Below are positions 1-8,401 of a stretch of 64,000 nucleotides of DNA, piece after piece (the stretch's first letter is position 1; each line of letters starts with the position of its first letter). The stretch lies in contig JAKSMC010000011.1 of the NCBI GenBank assembly GCA_024400835.1, positions 572 to 64,571 on the forward strand, read 5' to 3'. Below the pieces are notes generated by a model, which was not told the origin of the DNA, did not search any database, and was given only the letters and a program-made list of their open reading frames with translations. The translations under genes and the position numbers were made by a program. Source of the DNA: Bacteroidales bacterium. GTDB lineage: Bacteria; Bacteroidota; Bacteroidia; Bacteroidales; WCHB1-69.

Positions 1-2538
1 TCCGACTACTGCGTGACGGACACTGCGTACGGCACGCTGACCATTACCAAGGCGGATGCGATCGCCCTGACCTGTCCGAGCGGCAACGACATCACGAAGA
101 CATACGACGGCACAGTCCTCAGTCCTGAGGCAACGGCCGAGGGCATCGGCGGCGACGCCATCACAGTCGAATACAGCACCGACGGCACGTCCTGGAACAC
201 GGCGGCCCCGGGCATCACGCACGCGGGCACGCAGCACGTCTACGTACGCGCAGGCAACAGCAACTACGACACGGCAAGATGCGAGTACACGCTGGCAGTG
301 ACCTGCCGCGAGATCAAGCTGGCATCCTCTTCCGCCTCCAAGGCATATGACGGCACGTCCCTCGGTAACGACACGGTTACCGTCGGCGGCGAGGGCATGG
401 CACTTGGTGACAGCCTGACGTTCTCCGGCTTCGCAACGATCACGAACGCCGGCACACAGGCCAACACGTTTTCATATGCGTTCGCAGCAGGCACGCACTC
501 CACGGACTACTGCGTGACGGACACTACGTACGGAACGCTGACAATTAATCCGTATTCATCCTTGATTGTTGTGAATATTACTGGACATTCTGACACAGTG
601 GAATTTGATGGAAATATTCATTCGATCTCAGGCTACGATGCTACTACCACTAATACATTGTATGATGTGAACAATAATGTTGATTGCAGCAATCTTGCTT
701 CTATCATAGGCAGTGCCGTGGGCTCTTATTCTATGAACTTGTCTGGTGGAGATTTCTCTAACAACAATTCGAACTTCTCTAATGTTGTCTTCAATATCGT
801 CAACGATGGCTATTTGGTGATTGAAGATCATGAAAAACCGACATTCATAACGGGTTGTTCTGCTATTGGCGATCAAACTCCGATGTCAAATGATGTAAGT
901 GGCACCTACACGCATAGTGGTACTGCATGGGATTTGACGGCAACGGATAATGATGCTCTGCAATCGCTGACATATACATTGTCTGGTGCAACATCGATTC
1001 TGACAGCCTCTAACACGTCATTGGACGGACAGATCTTCAACCTCGGTACTACTACTGTTGTATGGACGGCTGTTGATAGAAGCGGCAATGATACAGTCTG
1101 CTCATACGATGTGATAGTGACTGCTGTTTCCAATCCGATTGTAATGTGTGCGTTGGCTCAGGATACCGTGGTTTATATGTCAGCAGATATGTGCGGATAC
1201 ACACATGGTGGTGTGGCTTTGGATGCAACGGCAACGGGTGCATCTTATCTGACGTATACTCTGAGTGGAGCCACTGTAGGTACTGGAACAACTCTTGACG
1301 GTGTGATTTTCAATAAAGATACAACTTTGGTTACATGGCATGCGGAAGGTTCCTTCGGTACCTCTGATGAATGTTCTTTCAAAGTGATTGTCAAAGATAC
1401 TATCAAACCTTCCTTTACAGTTCCGAGTAATTTGACAATCTGCCGCAATAGTGCAGGTGAAATCGAGGCTCCGATTAGTGTTACGGGCGATGTTTCCGAC
1501 GAATCAGACAACTGCAGCACCAGCTTGGAAGCTACATGGCACGACATTGATACAACGGGTACGGACAATACTGACCGCGTGATTATGAGAGTATGGACAC
1601 TTGTCGACAACAGCGGCAATGTTACTGTCCACAACCAAGAAATCACTGTCCGCCCGAGTATCTTGACGGGAGATTTTGCTTTGAACTGTCCTGCTGATAT
1701 TGACATCACTATGGCTTATAATGCTTGTGATACGGCTCTGAATATCGGAACTCCTAATGTGGTGAACAATACGACAGCTGTCGTCTCTCTCAGTAGTAAT
1801 GCTCCTGCTAACGGACGCTATGCCGAAGGCACTACAATTGTGACATGGACCGCTGAAGATGGGTGCGGAGCTCAGATTACTTGCGACCAAACCATCATTG
1901 TTCGCTATCCGGCTTGTGGTACGGATTTGGATTCAGTGGCTGACTACGATGGAAACACGTATAGCTCTGTTCGTATTGGCTGCCAATGTTGGATGGGAGA
2001 GAATTTGCGTAGCACACGTTATAGCGACGGCTCTGTAATTGCCAACTACAGCAATTACGACAATGATCCGTCTAATGACGAAGCGTATGGCAAACTTTAT
2101 AGTTGGTATTCCGCTAACAACGTCCCCGAAGGTGACAACAATACTCCGGCAAATTCCTCTGCTGGCTTCTTCGGACCTTACGTCCAAGGTGTATGTCCTG
2201 ACGGATGGGCATTGCCAAGCGATGCAGACTTCATGACATTATTTAACACGGCTGGCGTTGCTGACCAACTCAAAGAAGCTAACTCCCAGTACTGGTTGCC
2301 TGGTCATGACGGTACCCTCCCGAATACTGGATTCAATGCTCGAGGCGCTGGCTTCTATGACAACAACCTCGACCGTTATTTGAACCTGCTGGGTGAAACC
2401 TATTTCTGGACAGGTGATGTCTCTACGACATCGGTGAAAGGCCACTGCGCTGTGATCAACTATTATTGTCCAGAAAGCTTGTTGCAAGAGCAGGATAAGG
2501 GTAGGGGACAGAGCGTACGTTGCCTGAGAATGTACTAA
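1..2538 (+). CDS. Giant cell-surface/adhesin-like protein, 5' end outside the window. It has MBG-like YDG repeats, HYR/Ig-like repeats and a C-terminal FISUMP (Fibrobacter succinogenes major paralogous, TIGR02145-type) domain.
   Basis: The frame is open from base 1. SDYCVTDTAYGTLTI at bases 1-45 recurs as STDYCVTDTTYGTLTI near base 505. Several ~90-aa modules end in GTTxVxWTAxDxSGNxxxCSxxVxV. The C-terminus reads YDGNTYSSVRIGCQCWMGENLR...YGKLYSWYSA...CPDGWALPSDADF...GETYFWT...VRCLR. Confidence 0.8.
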   Translation, partial: SDYCVTDTAYGTLTITKADAIALTCPSGNDITKTYDGTVLSPEATAEGIGGDAITVEYSTDGTSWNTAAPGITHAGTQHVYVRAGNSNYDTARCEYTLAVTCREIKLASSSASKAYDGTSLGNDTVTVGGEGMALGDSLTFSGFATITNAGTQANTFSYAFAAGTHSTDYCVTDTTYGTLTINPYSSLIVVNITGHSDTVEFDGNIHSISGYDATTTNTLYDVNNNVDCSNLASIIGSAVGSYSMNLSGGDFSNNNSNFSNVVFNIVNDGYLVIEDHEKPTFITGCSAIGDQTPMSNDVSGTYTHSGTAWDLTATDNDALQSLTYTLSGATSILTASNTSLDGQIFNLGTTTVVWTAVDRSGNDTVCSYDVIVTAVSNPIVMCALAQDTVVYMSADMCGYTHGGVALDATATGASYLTYTLSGATVGTGTTLDGVIFNKDTTLVTWHAEGSFGTSDECSFKVIVKDTIKPSFTVPSNLTICRNSAGEIEAPISVTGDVSDESDNCSTSLEATWHDIDTTGTDNTDRVIMRVWTLVDNSGNVTVHNQEITVRPSILTGDFALNCPADIDITMAYNACDTALNIGTPNVVNNTTAVVSLSSNAPANGRYAEGTTIVTWTAEDGCGAQITCDQTIIVRYPACGTDLDSVADYDGNTYSSVRIGCQCWMGENLRSTRYSDGSVIANYSNYDNDPSNDEAYGKLYSWYSANNVPEGDNNTPANSSAGFFGPYVQGVCPDGWALPSDADFMTLFNTAGVADQLKEANSQYWLPGHDGTLPNTGFNARGAGFYDNNLDRYLNLLGETYFWTGDVSTTSVKGHCAVINYYCPESLLQEQDKGRGQSVRCLRMY

Positions 2539-2551
2539 TGAAATTTTTGAA

Positions 2552-2583
2552 GGACCGCATAGCAATGTGCGGCCCTTTTTTTT
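2552..2583 (+). terminator. Rho-independent terminator after the FISUMP adhesin gene
   Basis: Imperfect hairpin ggaCCGCAtagcaaTGCGGccc followed by a T-run (tttttttt a ttttt). Confidence 0.65.
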
Positions 2584-2610
2584 ATTTTTGCACCTCTAAA
2601 TTTTTACAAG

Positions 2611-4755
2611 ATGAAAAAACTTTTTATTCTTTCTACAATGCTGATATTCAGCTTGTGTACGCTTTCTGTTTTTGCCCAAAAAGCCTCTCCTGAACAGGCT
2701 GAGGTAGTGTGCAAAAACTTCATCCTTGAAAACTATCCCGGTGCAGTTGACAAGATGCCCGAATTCGTTCTTCAAGAGACGATTTCTGAAAATGGAATGG
2801 ACTGCTTGTATAGATTCAGCGTGTCTCCTGTCGGATTTGTCATCGTTTCCGCATCGCAGTCCGTTATGCCTGTTATGGCCTATTCTTTTGACAATGAATT
2901 TGAAATGATTCCGCCTGTGCGCGATCTTTTCCATTTGTATAGTCAAGTGGTTGAATTTACGGAAAAAGGTGACGCCCCTGTCTCACAGAAATCGGTGGCA
3001 GACTGGAAACGCTATCTCGCAGATGATTTCACACCCAAAGCAGGTAAATCGACTGGTAAAGGACCGTTGTTGACAACACAATGGAATCAGAGCAAATATT
3101 ACAATACGTATTGTCCTTGGGATGTACAAGCGGGCTCTTACTACGATTATCGTGTTCCTAATGGTTGTGTGGCTTTGGCTTCTTCCCAAATCATGAATTA
3201 CCATAGATATCCAGAACATGGTGTTGGCGGTTCTACTTATGTCCCACAAGGCTATCCTCGCCAAACAGTCAACTTTACGCAGCACAAATACCATTGGGAT
3301 GCGATGTGCAACGTCCCGCACAGCTATGCCTGTGAAATTGCAAAGTTGGCTTACCATTTCGGCGTGGCTATACAAATGAACTATAATTATGATGGATCTG
3401 GCGCTCAAACGGCTGAGGCTCGTGACCAGCTGGCCAATAGATTCCAATATGACCAGAGCATCGCCTCTTATTACCGCGGCTTTTATGTTGATTCTGCTGA
3501 TTTGATTACTTATATCAACATCTTGAAGGGAGAAATCGATGCTCGTCGGCCGGTCTATTATTCAGGCTGCAACCAGCAGATGAACTCTTGTCACGCATAC
3601 GTTCTGGATGGCTATGACAGTGATGACAAATTCTCTTTGAATTACGGTTGGGGTGGCGCTTCTAACGGCTGGTATGCCATCGACCAATTTGTCGCCGGTT
3701 CTTCTCATTTCGATTTCAACAGCGAGGCTATTGTGCATATTTTCCCATCCGGTGCTTATCCAGACACTTATTGCCAGGGCCACCAACGTAATACGGCTTC
3801 TTTCGGTTATGTCGCTGATGGCTCTCCAACAGCCAAACCTTATCAAGCAAATCCTGACTGCTCATGGATGATTGCCGTTCCGGAAGCCACAAGCTATTCT
3901 TTTTCGTTTGATCGTCTGGATTTGAACCCTGACGTGGATTTCGTCACTATCTATAACGGCCCGACTGTAGAAAGCGGAGTGAAAGCAACACTTACGGGAA
4001 CGACCGTTCCTACTCAAGTCTATACGGTTACAGCTGACAGTGTTCTGATTACGTTTACTTCCAATGGCAGCGTCGAAACCAACACGGATTACTATGGTTT
4101 CCTGATCAGCTACTCGAGCACCGTGCCCGCACAACAGTGTCCTGTCGCTCCTCAAGTTGTAACCGATTGGACATCTATTCTCTCTGATGGAAGTGATGAC
4201 GGTGTGAATTATCGTCCTCAATCGAACTGCACTTGGAATGTCTCTTTGAACTATATTTCCGGTTATTCCATTGCTTTCCCGAAATTCGATCTCGGTTATG
4301 GCGATTTCGTCGATGTTTACAATAACACAACAACACCTCCAACACTTTACAAGCGTTTTGACATCTACGAACCCCCAACAGGCGAGGTTTACAATGTTAA
4401 TTTTAAGAAAATGAAGGTCAATTTCGTTTCTGATAACTGGGATCAGAAAGACGGCTTTAGATTGGAATATTTCGCATTGGCAAGCATTGACGACCACAGC
4501 GACTTGGAAGATCTGACGGTGTATCCTAATCCCGCAAATGATAATATCTTTGTGGAATTCTCTCTGCAAGATGCTGCCAAGGTGACTTGCCGTTTGTTGG
4601 ATGCTGCCGGCAAACTTGTTCAAACTGAAAGTGTAGAAGCCTATATGGGCCAGAACAAGCATACGATGAATGTCTCTTCTTTGTCCAACGGATTCTATAT
4701 GCTGGAAATCAGTACTCCTACAGGCAAGGCTATCAGAAAGGTTATGGTTCAGTAA
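2611..4755 (+). CDS. Secreted C10-family (streptopain/PrtT-like) cysteine peptidase with two CUB-like domains and a T9SS C-terminal sorting domain
   Basis: Signal peptide MKKLFILSTMLIFSLCTLSVFAQ. Catalytic Cys context QWNQSKYYNTYCP...NGCVALASSQIMNYH. His region CHAYVLDGYD...NYGWGGASNGWY. CUB-like CSWMIAVPE...VDFVTIYNG and CTWNVSL...DFVDVYNN. Tail VYPNPANDNIFVEF...NGFYMLEI. Confidence 0.85.
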   Translation: MKKLFILSTMLIFSLCTLSVFAQKASPEQAEVVCKNFILENYPGAVDKMPEFVLQETISENGMDCLYRFSVSPVGFVIVSASQSVMPVMAYSFDNEFEMIPPVRDLFHLYSQVVEFTEKGDAPVSQKSVADWKRYLADDFTPKAGKSTGKGPLLTTQWNQSKYYNTYCPWDVQAGSYYDYRVPNGCVALASSQIMNYHRYPEHGVGGSTYVPQGYPRQTVNFTQHKYHWDAMCNVPHSYACEIAKLAYHFGVAIQMNYNYDGSGAQTAEARDQLANRFQYDQSIASYYRGFYVDSADLITYINILKGEIDARRPVYYSGCNQQMNSCHAYVLDGYDSDDKFSLNYGWGGASNGWYAIDQFVAGSSHFDFNSEAIVHIFPSGAYPDTYCQGHQRNTASFGYVADGSPTAKPYQANPDCSWMIAVPEATSYSFSFDRLDLNPDVDFVTIYNGPTVESGVKATLTGTTVPTQVYTVTADSVLITFTSNGSVETNTDYYGFLISYSSTVPAQQCPVAPQVVTDWTSILSDGSDDGVNYRPQSNCTWNVSLNYISGYSIAFPKFDLGYGDFVDVYNNTTTPPTLYKRFDIYEPPTGEVYNVNFKKMKVNFVSDNWDQKDGFRLEYFALASIDDHSDLEDLTVYPNPANDNIFVEFSLQDAAKVTCRLLDAAGKLVQTESVEAYMGQNKHTMNVSSLSNGFYMLEISTPTGKAIRKVMVQ

Positions 4756-4776
4756 TCTCGTTTGACTATTATATAT

Positions 4777-5601
4777 ATGGAACAATTCATTGTAGCTGCT
4801 AAGAAATTCGTAACGGACGTCGTTTTCACGCATGTTCCCAAAGTCATTGTAGCACTTTTGGTGCTGTGGATCGGTTGGAAGCTTATCAAGTTGCTGAACC
4901 GATTTATGAACAAGGTGTACCAACGCCATACGGTTGACAAGTCGTTACAGCAATTTCTGAACTCCCTGATAGATGTAATACTCAAAGTCCTGCTGTTCCT
5001 TACGGTGATGGGCATTGTTGGTATCAAGACCACCTCTTTTGTGGCCATCGTGGGTGCTGCCGGTTTGGCTATCGGTATGGCACTGCAAGGCACTCTTCAG
5101 AACTTTGCCGGTGGTGTGATGATTTTGCTGCTCAAACCTTTCAAGGTTGGTGATTTCATTGAACAAGGAACTTATTCTGGCTTTGTGGAGAAAATTCAGA
5201 TTTTCTGCACTTCTTTGAGAACTTATGACAACCGTATAATTGTGGTCCCAAATACGGAACTGGCCACAAAGTCCTTAGTTAACCACTTCAGTGAACCGAT
5301 GCGCCGTGTCCATATTAAAGTCGGCATCGCCTATGGAGAATCTGTGGAAAAAGCACGTGAGGTTCTGCTGCGCGTGGCCAATTCCAATGAATTGATTCTC
5401 CAAGAACCGAAAGCCCCGAATGCTGTCGTCGAAGACCTTGGGGAGAGTTCTGTGAATATGAGCCTTTACGCTTGGACACTGCCACAGAACTACTGGACAG
5501 CCTATTACGGCTTAAACCAGCAGGTTTATGAAGCGTTCCTCAATGCGAATATTGAAATTCCGTTCAATCAGATGGATGTCCATTTGAAAAAAGAAGAATA
5601 A
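4777..5601 (+). CDS. mscS: Small-conductance mechanosensitive channel (MscS family)
   Basis: Three TM helices followed by GVMILLLKPFKVGDFIE...IFCTSLRTYDNRIIVVPN. The ORF track start at 4762 is TTG; the first ATG is at 4777. Confidence 0.85.
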   Translation: MEQFIVAAKKFVTDVVFTHVPKVIVALLVLWIGWKLIKLLNRFMNKVYQRHTVDKSLQQFLNSLIDVILKVLLFLTVMGIVGIKTTSFVAIVGAAGLAIGMALQGTLQNFAGGVMILLLKPFKVGDFIEQGTYSGFVEKIQIFCTSLRTYDNRIIVVPNTELATKSLVNHFSEPMRRVHIKVGIAYGESVEKAREVLLRVANSNELILQEPKAPNAVVEDLGESSVNMSLYAWTLPQNYWTAYYGLNQQVYEAFLNANIEIPFNQMDVHLKKEE

Positions 5602-5603
5602 CA

Positions 5604-5634
5604 AAAAAGCCTCCTTTTCGGGAGGCTTTTTTTT
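5604..5634. terminator. Bidirectional rho-independent terminator between convergent genes
   Basis: aaaaaaGCCTCCttttcgGGAGGCtttttttt: a GC stem flanked by an A-run and a T-run. Confidence 0.75.
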
Positions 5635-6466
5635 ATTGTAAGATAACACCTTTCTTTAGGGCTTTTTGATAGAGCTCGTCCACGTGCTTTTGAATAAACT
5701 GCTGTTTGCGTTGGTTAAGCAGCATCATTTTGGCTGCGGCCAATTCATCTTCCGTTTCGTTCACGGAACGTTGGCTCTTGTAGTCCAAAACAACTAACAG
5801 AAAGTGATTGTCTCCTATCTCTTTTTCGATGCTCTTGTGATTGGTGATGGCATCCTTGGGGATTTCAAATGAGATTTCGTTTTGAATATCGTCTAAATAC
5901 AGCCAGGCTTCATCGTCAATGAGATATTCGATGGAGTCACCGAGCATTTTAGTCAAGGTCTCTTTTTCGGACAAACGTTTTTCATTATTGAAAAGGATGG
6001 CCTTTACGGGATCAATCAAATTTGAACCTTTGGACAGTTTGACGTAATTGACCTTTACAATCTCCTTGTCCACGGTATATCGCTTGTCAAAGGTCTTCAT
6101 GAACTCCTTGACGTCGTTTTGTGTGATTTTGAAGGTGTTTGTGTCAGAAATCAACTTTTCATAGTATTTGTTGATGAGCAGATTGTTGCGGTATTCTTCG
6201 ATTTGTCTGTCAAAATTCTGCTCTTTGAGAGTCAATTTCTTTTCGGCTTCATGAAGGAGAAGTTGCTCTTTTACCCAGTTGTCGATATAGTCGTTCACCA
6301 AGGCCATACTGTCAGTCGGGCTCATGCCGGTTGGCATGATGGCTGCGATTTCAGACTCGTAGAGCTTGTGGTAATAGACTTGCGCTACAACTTTGTCCTT
6401 CTGTTTGTTACAGGAGGAAAGAAGGGCGAGGGAGCAAAGTGCGAAAAGGATGAACTTCTTACTCAC
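5633..6466 (-). CDS. SurA-N/PpiD-like periplasmic chaperone lipoprotein with no obvious parvulin motif
   Basis: Lipobox LALLSSC. Helical, Lys/Glu-rich protein 4 nt downstream of the PPIase gene. Apparent GTG start. Confidence 0.45.
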   Translation of the reverse strand: MSKKFILFALCSLALLSSCNKQKDKVVAQVYYHKLYESEIAAIMPTGMSPTDSMALVNDYIDNWVKEQLLLHEAEKKLTLKEQNFDRQIEEYRNNLLINKYYEKLISDTNTFKITQNDVKEFMKTFDKRYTVDKEIVKVNYVKLSKGSNLIDPVKAILFNNEKRLSEKETLTKMLGDSIEYLIDDEAWLYLDDIQNEISFEIPKDAITNHKSIEKEIGDNHFLLVVLDYKSQRSVNETEDELAAAKMMLLNQRKQQFIQKHVDELYQKALKKGVILQ

Positions 6467-6470
6467 GATG

Positions 6471-8216
6471 TTATTTCAAAATGGTTTTGAATACTTTTTC
6501 GTCTACGACAACAGGATATTTTTCGTGGAGTTCCTTGAGCCAGGCCTGTTCGAGGCTGTCTTGGAAACGGCTGACGATGATAGCGCGGATTTCGCTAAGA
6601 GGTTTGTATTGGATGGAATCGCTGGGGTTCTCAGCTGGATATTCGGTTTTGACACTCTCATAGAATTTTTCCAGACCAATGCTGTCCTTGATAGCGGCAT
6701 TCCATACTTTTTCTGAGTTGATTTCGTAAAGAAGCATGCCGTCGTGGAATTCGGTGACGAGTTCTTTATATTCGGGATATTTCTCGGTAAGGTGACGGCG
6801 TTCGTAGCGTAACATCTGCTCGGACACGAAGTTCGGATAAAGGCTTTCGATGAATTGAATTGGTGATACGTTAAGAGGTGCCCCTTGATAGCGGGAGATG
6901 AATTTTGCAAACTCAATAGCACTTACTTCTTGGCCGGCAAAAGTGAATATCGGTTTGAGCTTCTCAATGCCTTTAATGGAGTCGATGGCTACTGCTGTGG
7001 ATTGGAAATAGGAAGCAGGGACGTTCTTTTTGAAGAACTTCATGGCTGCGGCTTTCCCACTTTCTTGGAAATTATATTCTTTTTTGAGTTTTTCCACTAA
7101 AGATTCCTTGCTCTTGCGGGAACGCGGGTCGCGTTGGAGTTTGCTTTTCAGCATGAACTTGGTTTCTTCGTTGGCGATAGCGTATTTGACAGAGTCTAAT
7201 TTCATGATATGCCAACCTATAGAGGAAGGAACCGGTTCTGTGATTTCGTCACCTTTGAGGTTGATGATGGCAGACACGTAGTTGCCAGGTCTGCGGTTGG
7301 GGGTAAATGCGGTCATTTGTCCGCCGTTGTCCTTGGTGGCTTTGTCTTCGGAGAATAATTTTGCCAGTTCGGCGAAAGATTTTCCGTTCTTGTATTCATT
7401 GATGATGTTGTTCAGCTTGTCTTGGATTTCCGGAGCCGGTTTGCTGTTCTTGAGAGCGTTGGTGTCAGCAATGAAGATTTGGGAAACATTGAGTTTCGCA
7501 ATTGCGGGGATCTTGTCCTGAACATACACCAAATGGTATCCGAATTGTGTGCGGAACGGTTGTGACACTTGTCCGACAGGATTAGTATAAGCAGCCACTT
7601 CAAATGGGTAAATCATTTCCAATACGGAGAAATAGCCGAGCTCGCCTTTGTTGCCATATTGCATTCTTTTGGATTGCGGGTTGACATGGTCTTGGGCAGA
7701 TTCGTCTTCTGAATAGAGATAAGCGGCTTCGTTGAAATCCAGTCCGTTGACGATTTTCTCTCTGATTTGTTGGATTTTATGTAGTGCTGCTAAGGTGTCT
7801 TTAGGTGAAGCGTTTGGGTTGCAGCGTATCAAAATGTGTGAAGCTCTGACTTGGTATTTGGAGCGGTCAAAAGCCTCTTCCAACAGCTGCTCGCTGACCT
7901 CGGTGTCGATGAGGTATTGTTGCGCAGACTGTCCTTCGTAGGAGGCAAGTTCTTTTTTGAAGGCAGTGGAAGTGTCCATCTGCAGTTTGATGGCCTCTTG
8001 CACTTTCATACGATAGTTGATGTAGAGGTCCAGGTATTCGCGTAAATCCTTTTCGGTAGACTCGCTCAGGAGATTGTTCTTCTGGTAGGCGGTGACGAAC
8101 TGGGATTTGGTGATTGTTTCGTTTCCAACTTTGATGAGGATGTCATTGGCATTTTGCGCAAATGCCATGCTTGACAATAAAAGCATTGACAACGGAAGGA
8201 TAAAGCGTTTCATCAT
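6471..8216 (-). CDS. Periplasmic peptidyl-prolyl cis-trans isomerase, parvulin (PpiC) type, SurA/PpiD-like
   Basis: Signal peptide MMKRFILPLSMLLLSSMAFAQ. Parvulin signature YQVRASHILI...GELGYF...FRTQFGYHLVYV and a second degenerate rotamase region ending GWHIMKL. Confidence 0.75.
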   Translation of the reverse strand: MMKRFILPLSMLLLSSMAFAQNANDILIKVGNETITKSQFVTAYQKNNLLSESTEKDLREYLDLYINYRMKVQEAIKLQMDTSTAFKKELASYEGQSAQQYLIDTEVSEQLLEEAFDRSKYQVRASHILIRCNPNASPKDTLAALHKIQQIREKIVNGLDFNEAAYLYSEDESAQDHVNPQSKRMQYGNKGELGYFSVLEMIYPFEVAAYTNPVGQVSQPFRTQFGYHLVYVQDKIPAIAKLNVSQIFIADTNALKNSKPAPEIQDKLNNIINEYKNGKSFAELAKLFSEDKATKDNGGQMTAFTPNRRPGNYVSAIINLKGDEITEPVPSSIGWHIMKLDSVKYAIANEETKFMLKSKLQRDPRSRKSKESLVEKLKKEYNFQESGKAAAMKFFKKNVPASYFQSTAVAIDSIKGIEKLKPIFTFAGQEVSAIEFAKFISRYQGAPLNVSPIQFIESLYPNFVSEQMLRYERRHLTEKYPEYKELVTEFHDGMLLYEINSEKVWNAAIKDSIGLEKFYESVKTEYPAENPSDSIQYKPLSEIRAIIVSRFQDSLEQAWLKELHEKYPVVVDEKVFKTILK

Positions 8217-8289
8217 TATTTATTCTTGAGGTTTATTTATTTGTTAATCAGTAGAATAATATTATATATTGCTTTTTTGCAAAAGTTTG

Positions 8290-8297
8290 CAAATATA
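8290..8297 (-). promoter_or_regulatory. Bacteroidota -7 box (TAnnTTTG) upstream of the PPIase operon
   Basis: The minus strand reads TATATTTG, ~74 nt upstream of the ATG at 8216. Confidence 0.4.
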
Positions 8298-8343
8298 CAA
8301 AAATGCAGTTACATTCGTATTTTGGAAATTAAGCCTTGCAAAT

Positions 8344-8373
8344 ATAAAAAAGGGATTGCCTATGGCAACCCCT
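8344..8373 (-). terminator. Rho-independent terminator after the fused oxidoreductase gene
   Basis: The minus strand reads GGGGTTGCCataGGCAATCCC followed by tttttt. Confidence 0.6.
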
Positions 8374-8401
8374 TGGTGTGTTTTCAGAAGAGGAACATCT
8401 G

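Noticed and set aside
3862-4929. 355-aa ORF antisense to the C10 peptidase gene
   Set aside because: It lies entirely within the opposite strand of a gene with clear catalytic motifs and a T9SS tail. Its sequence is low-complexity and R/H/I-rich with no motifs. This is a typical shadow ORF.
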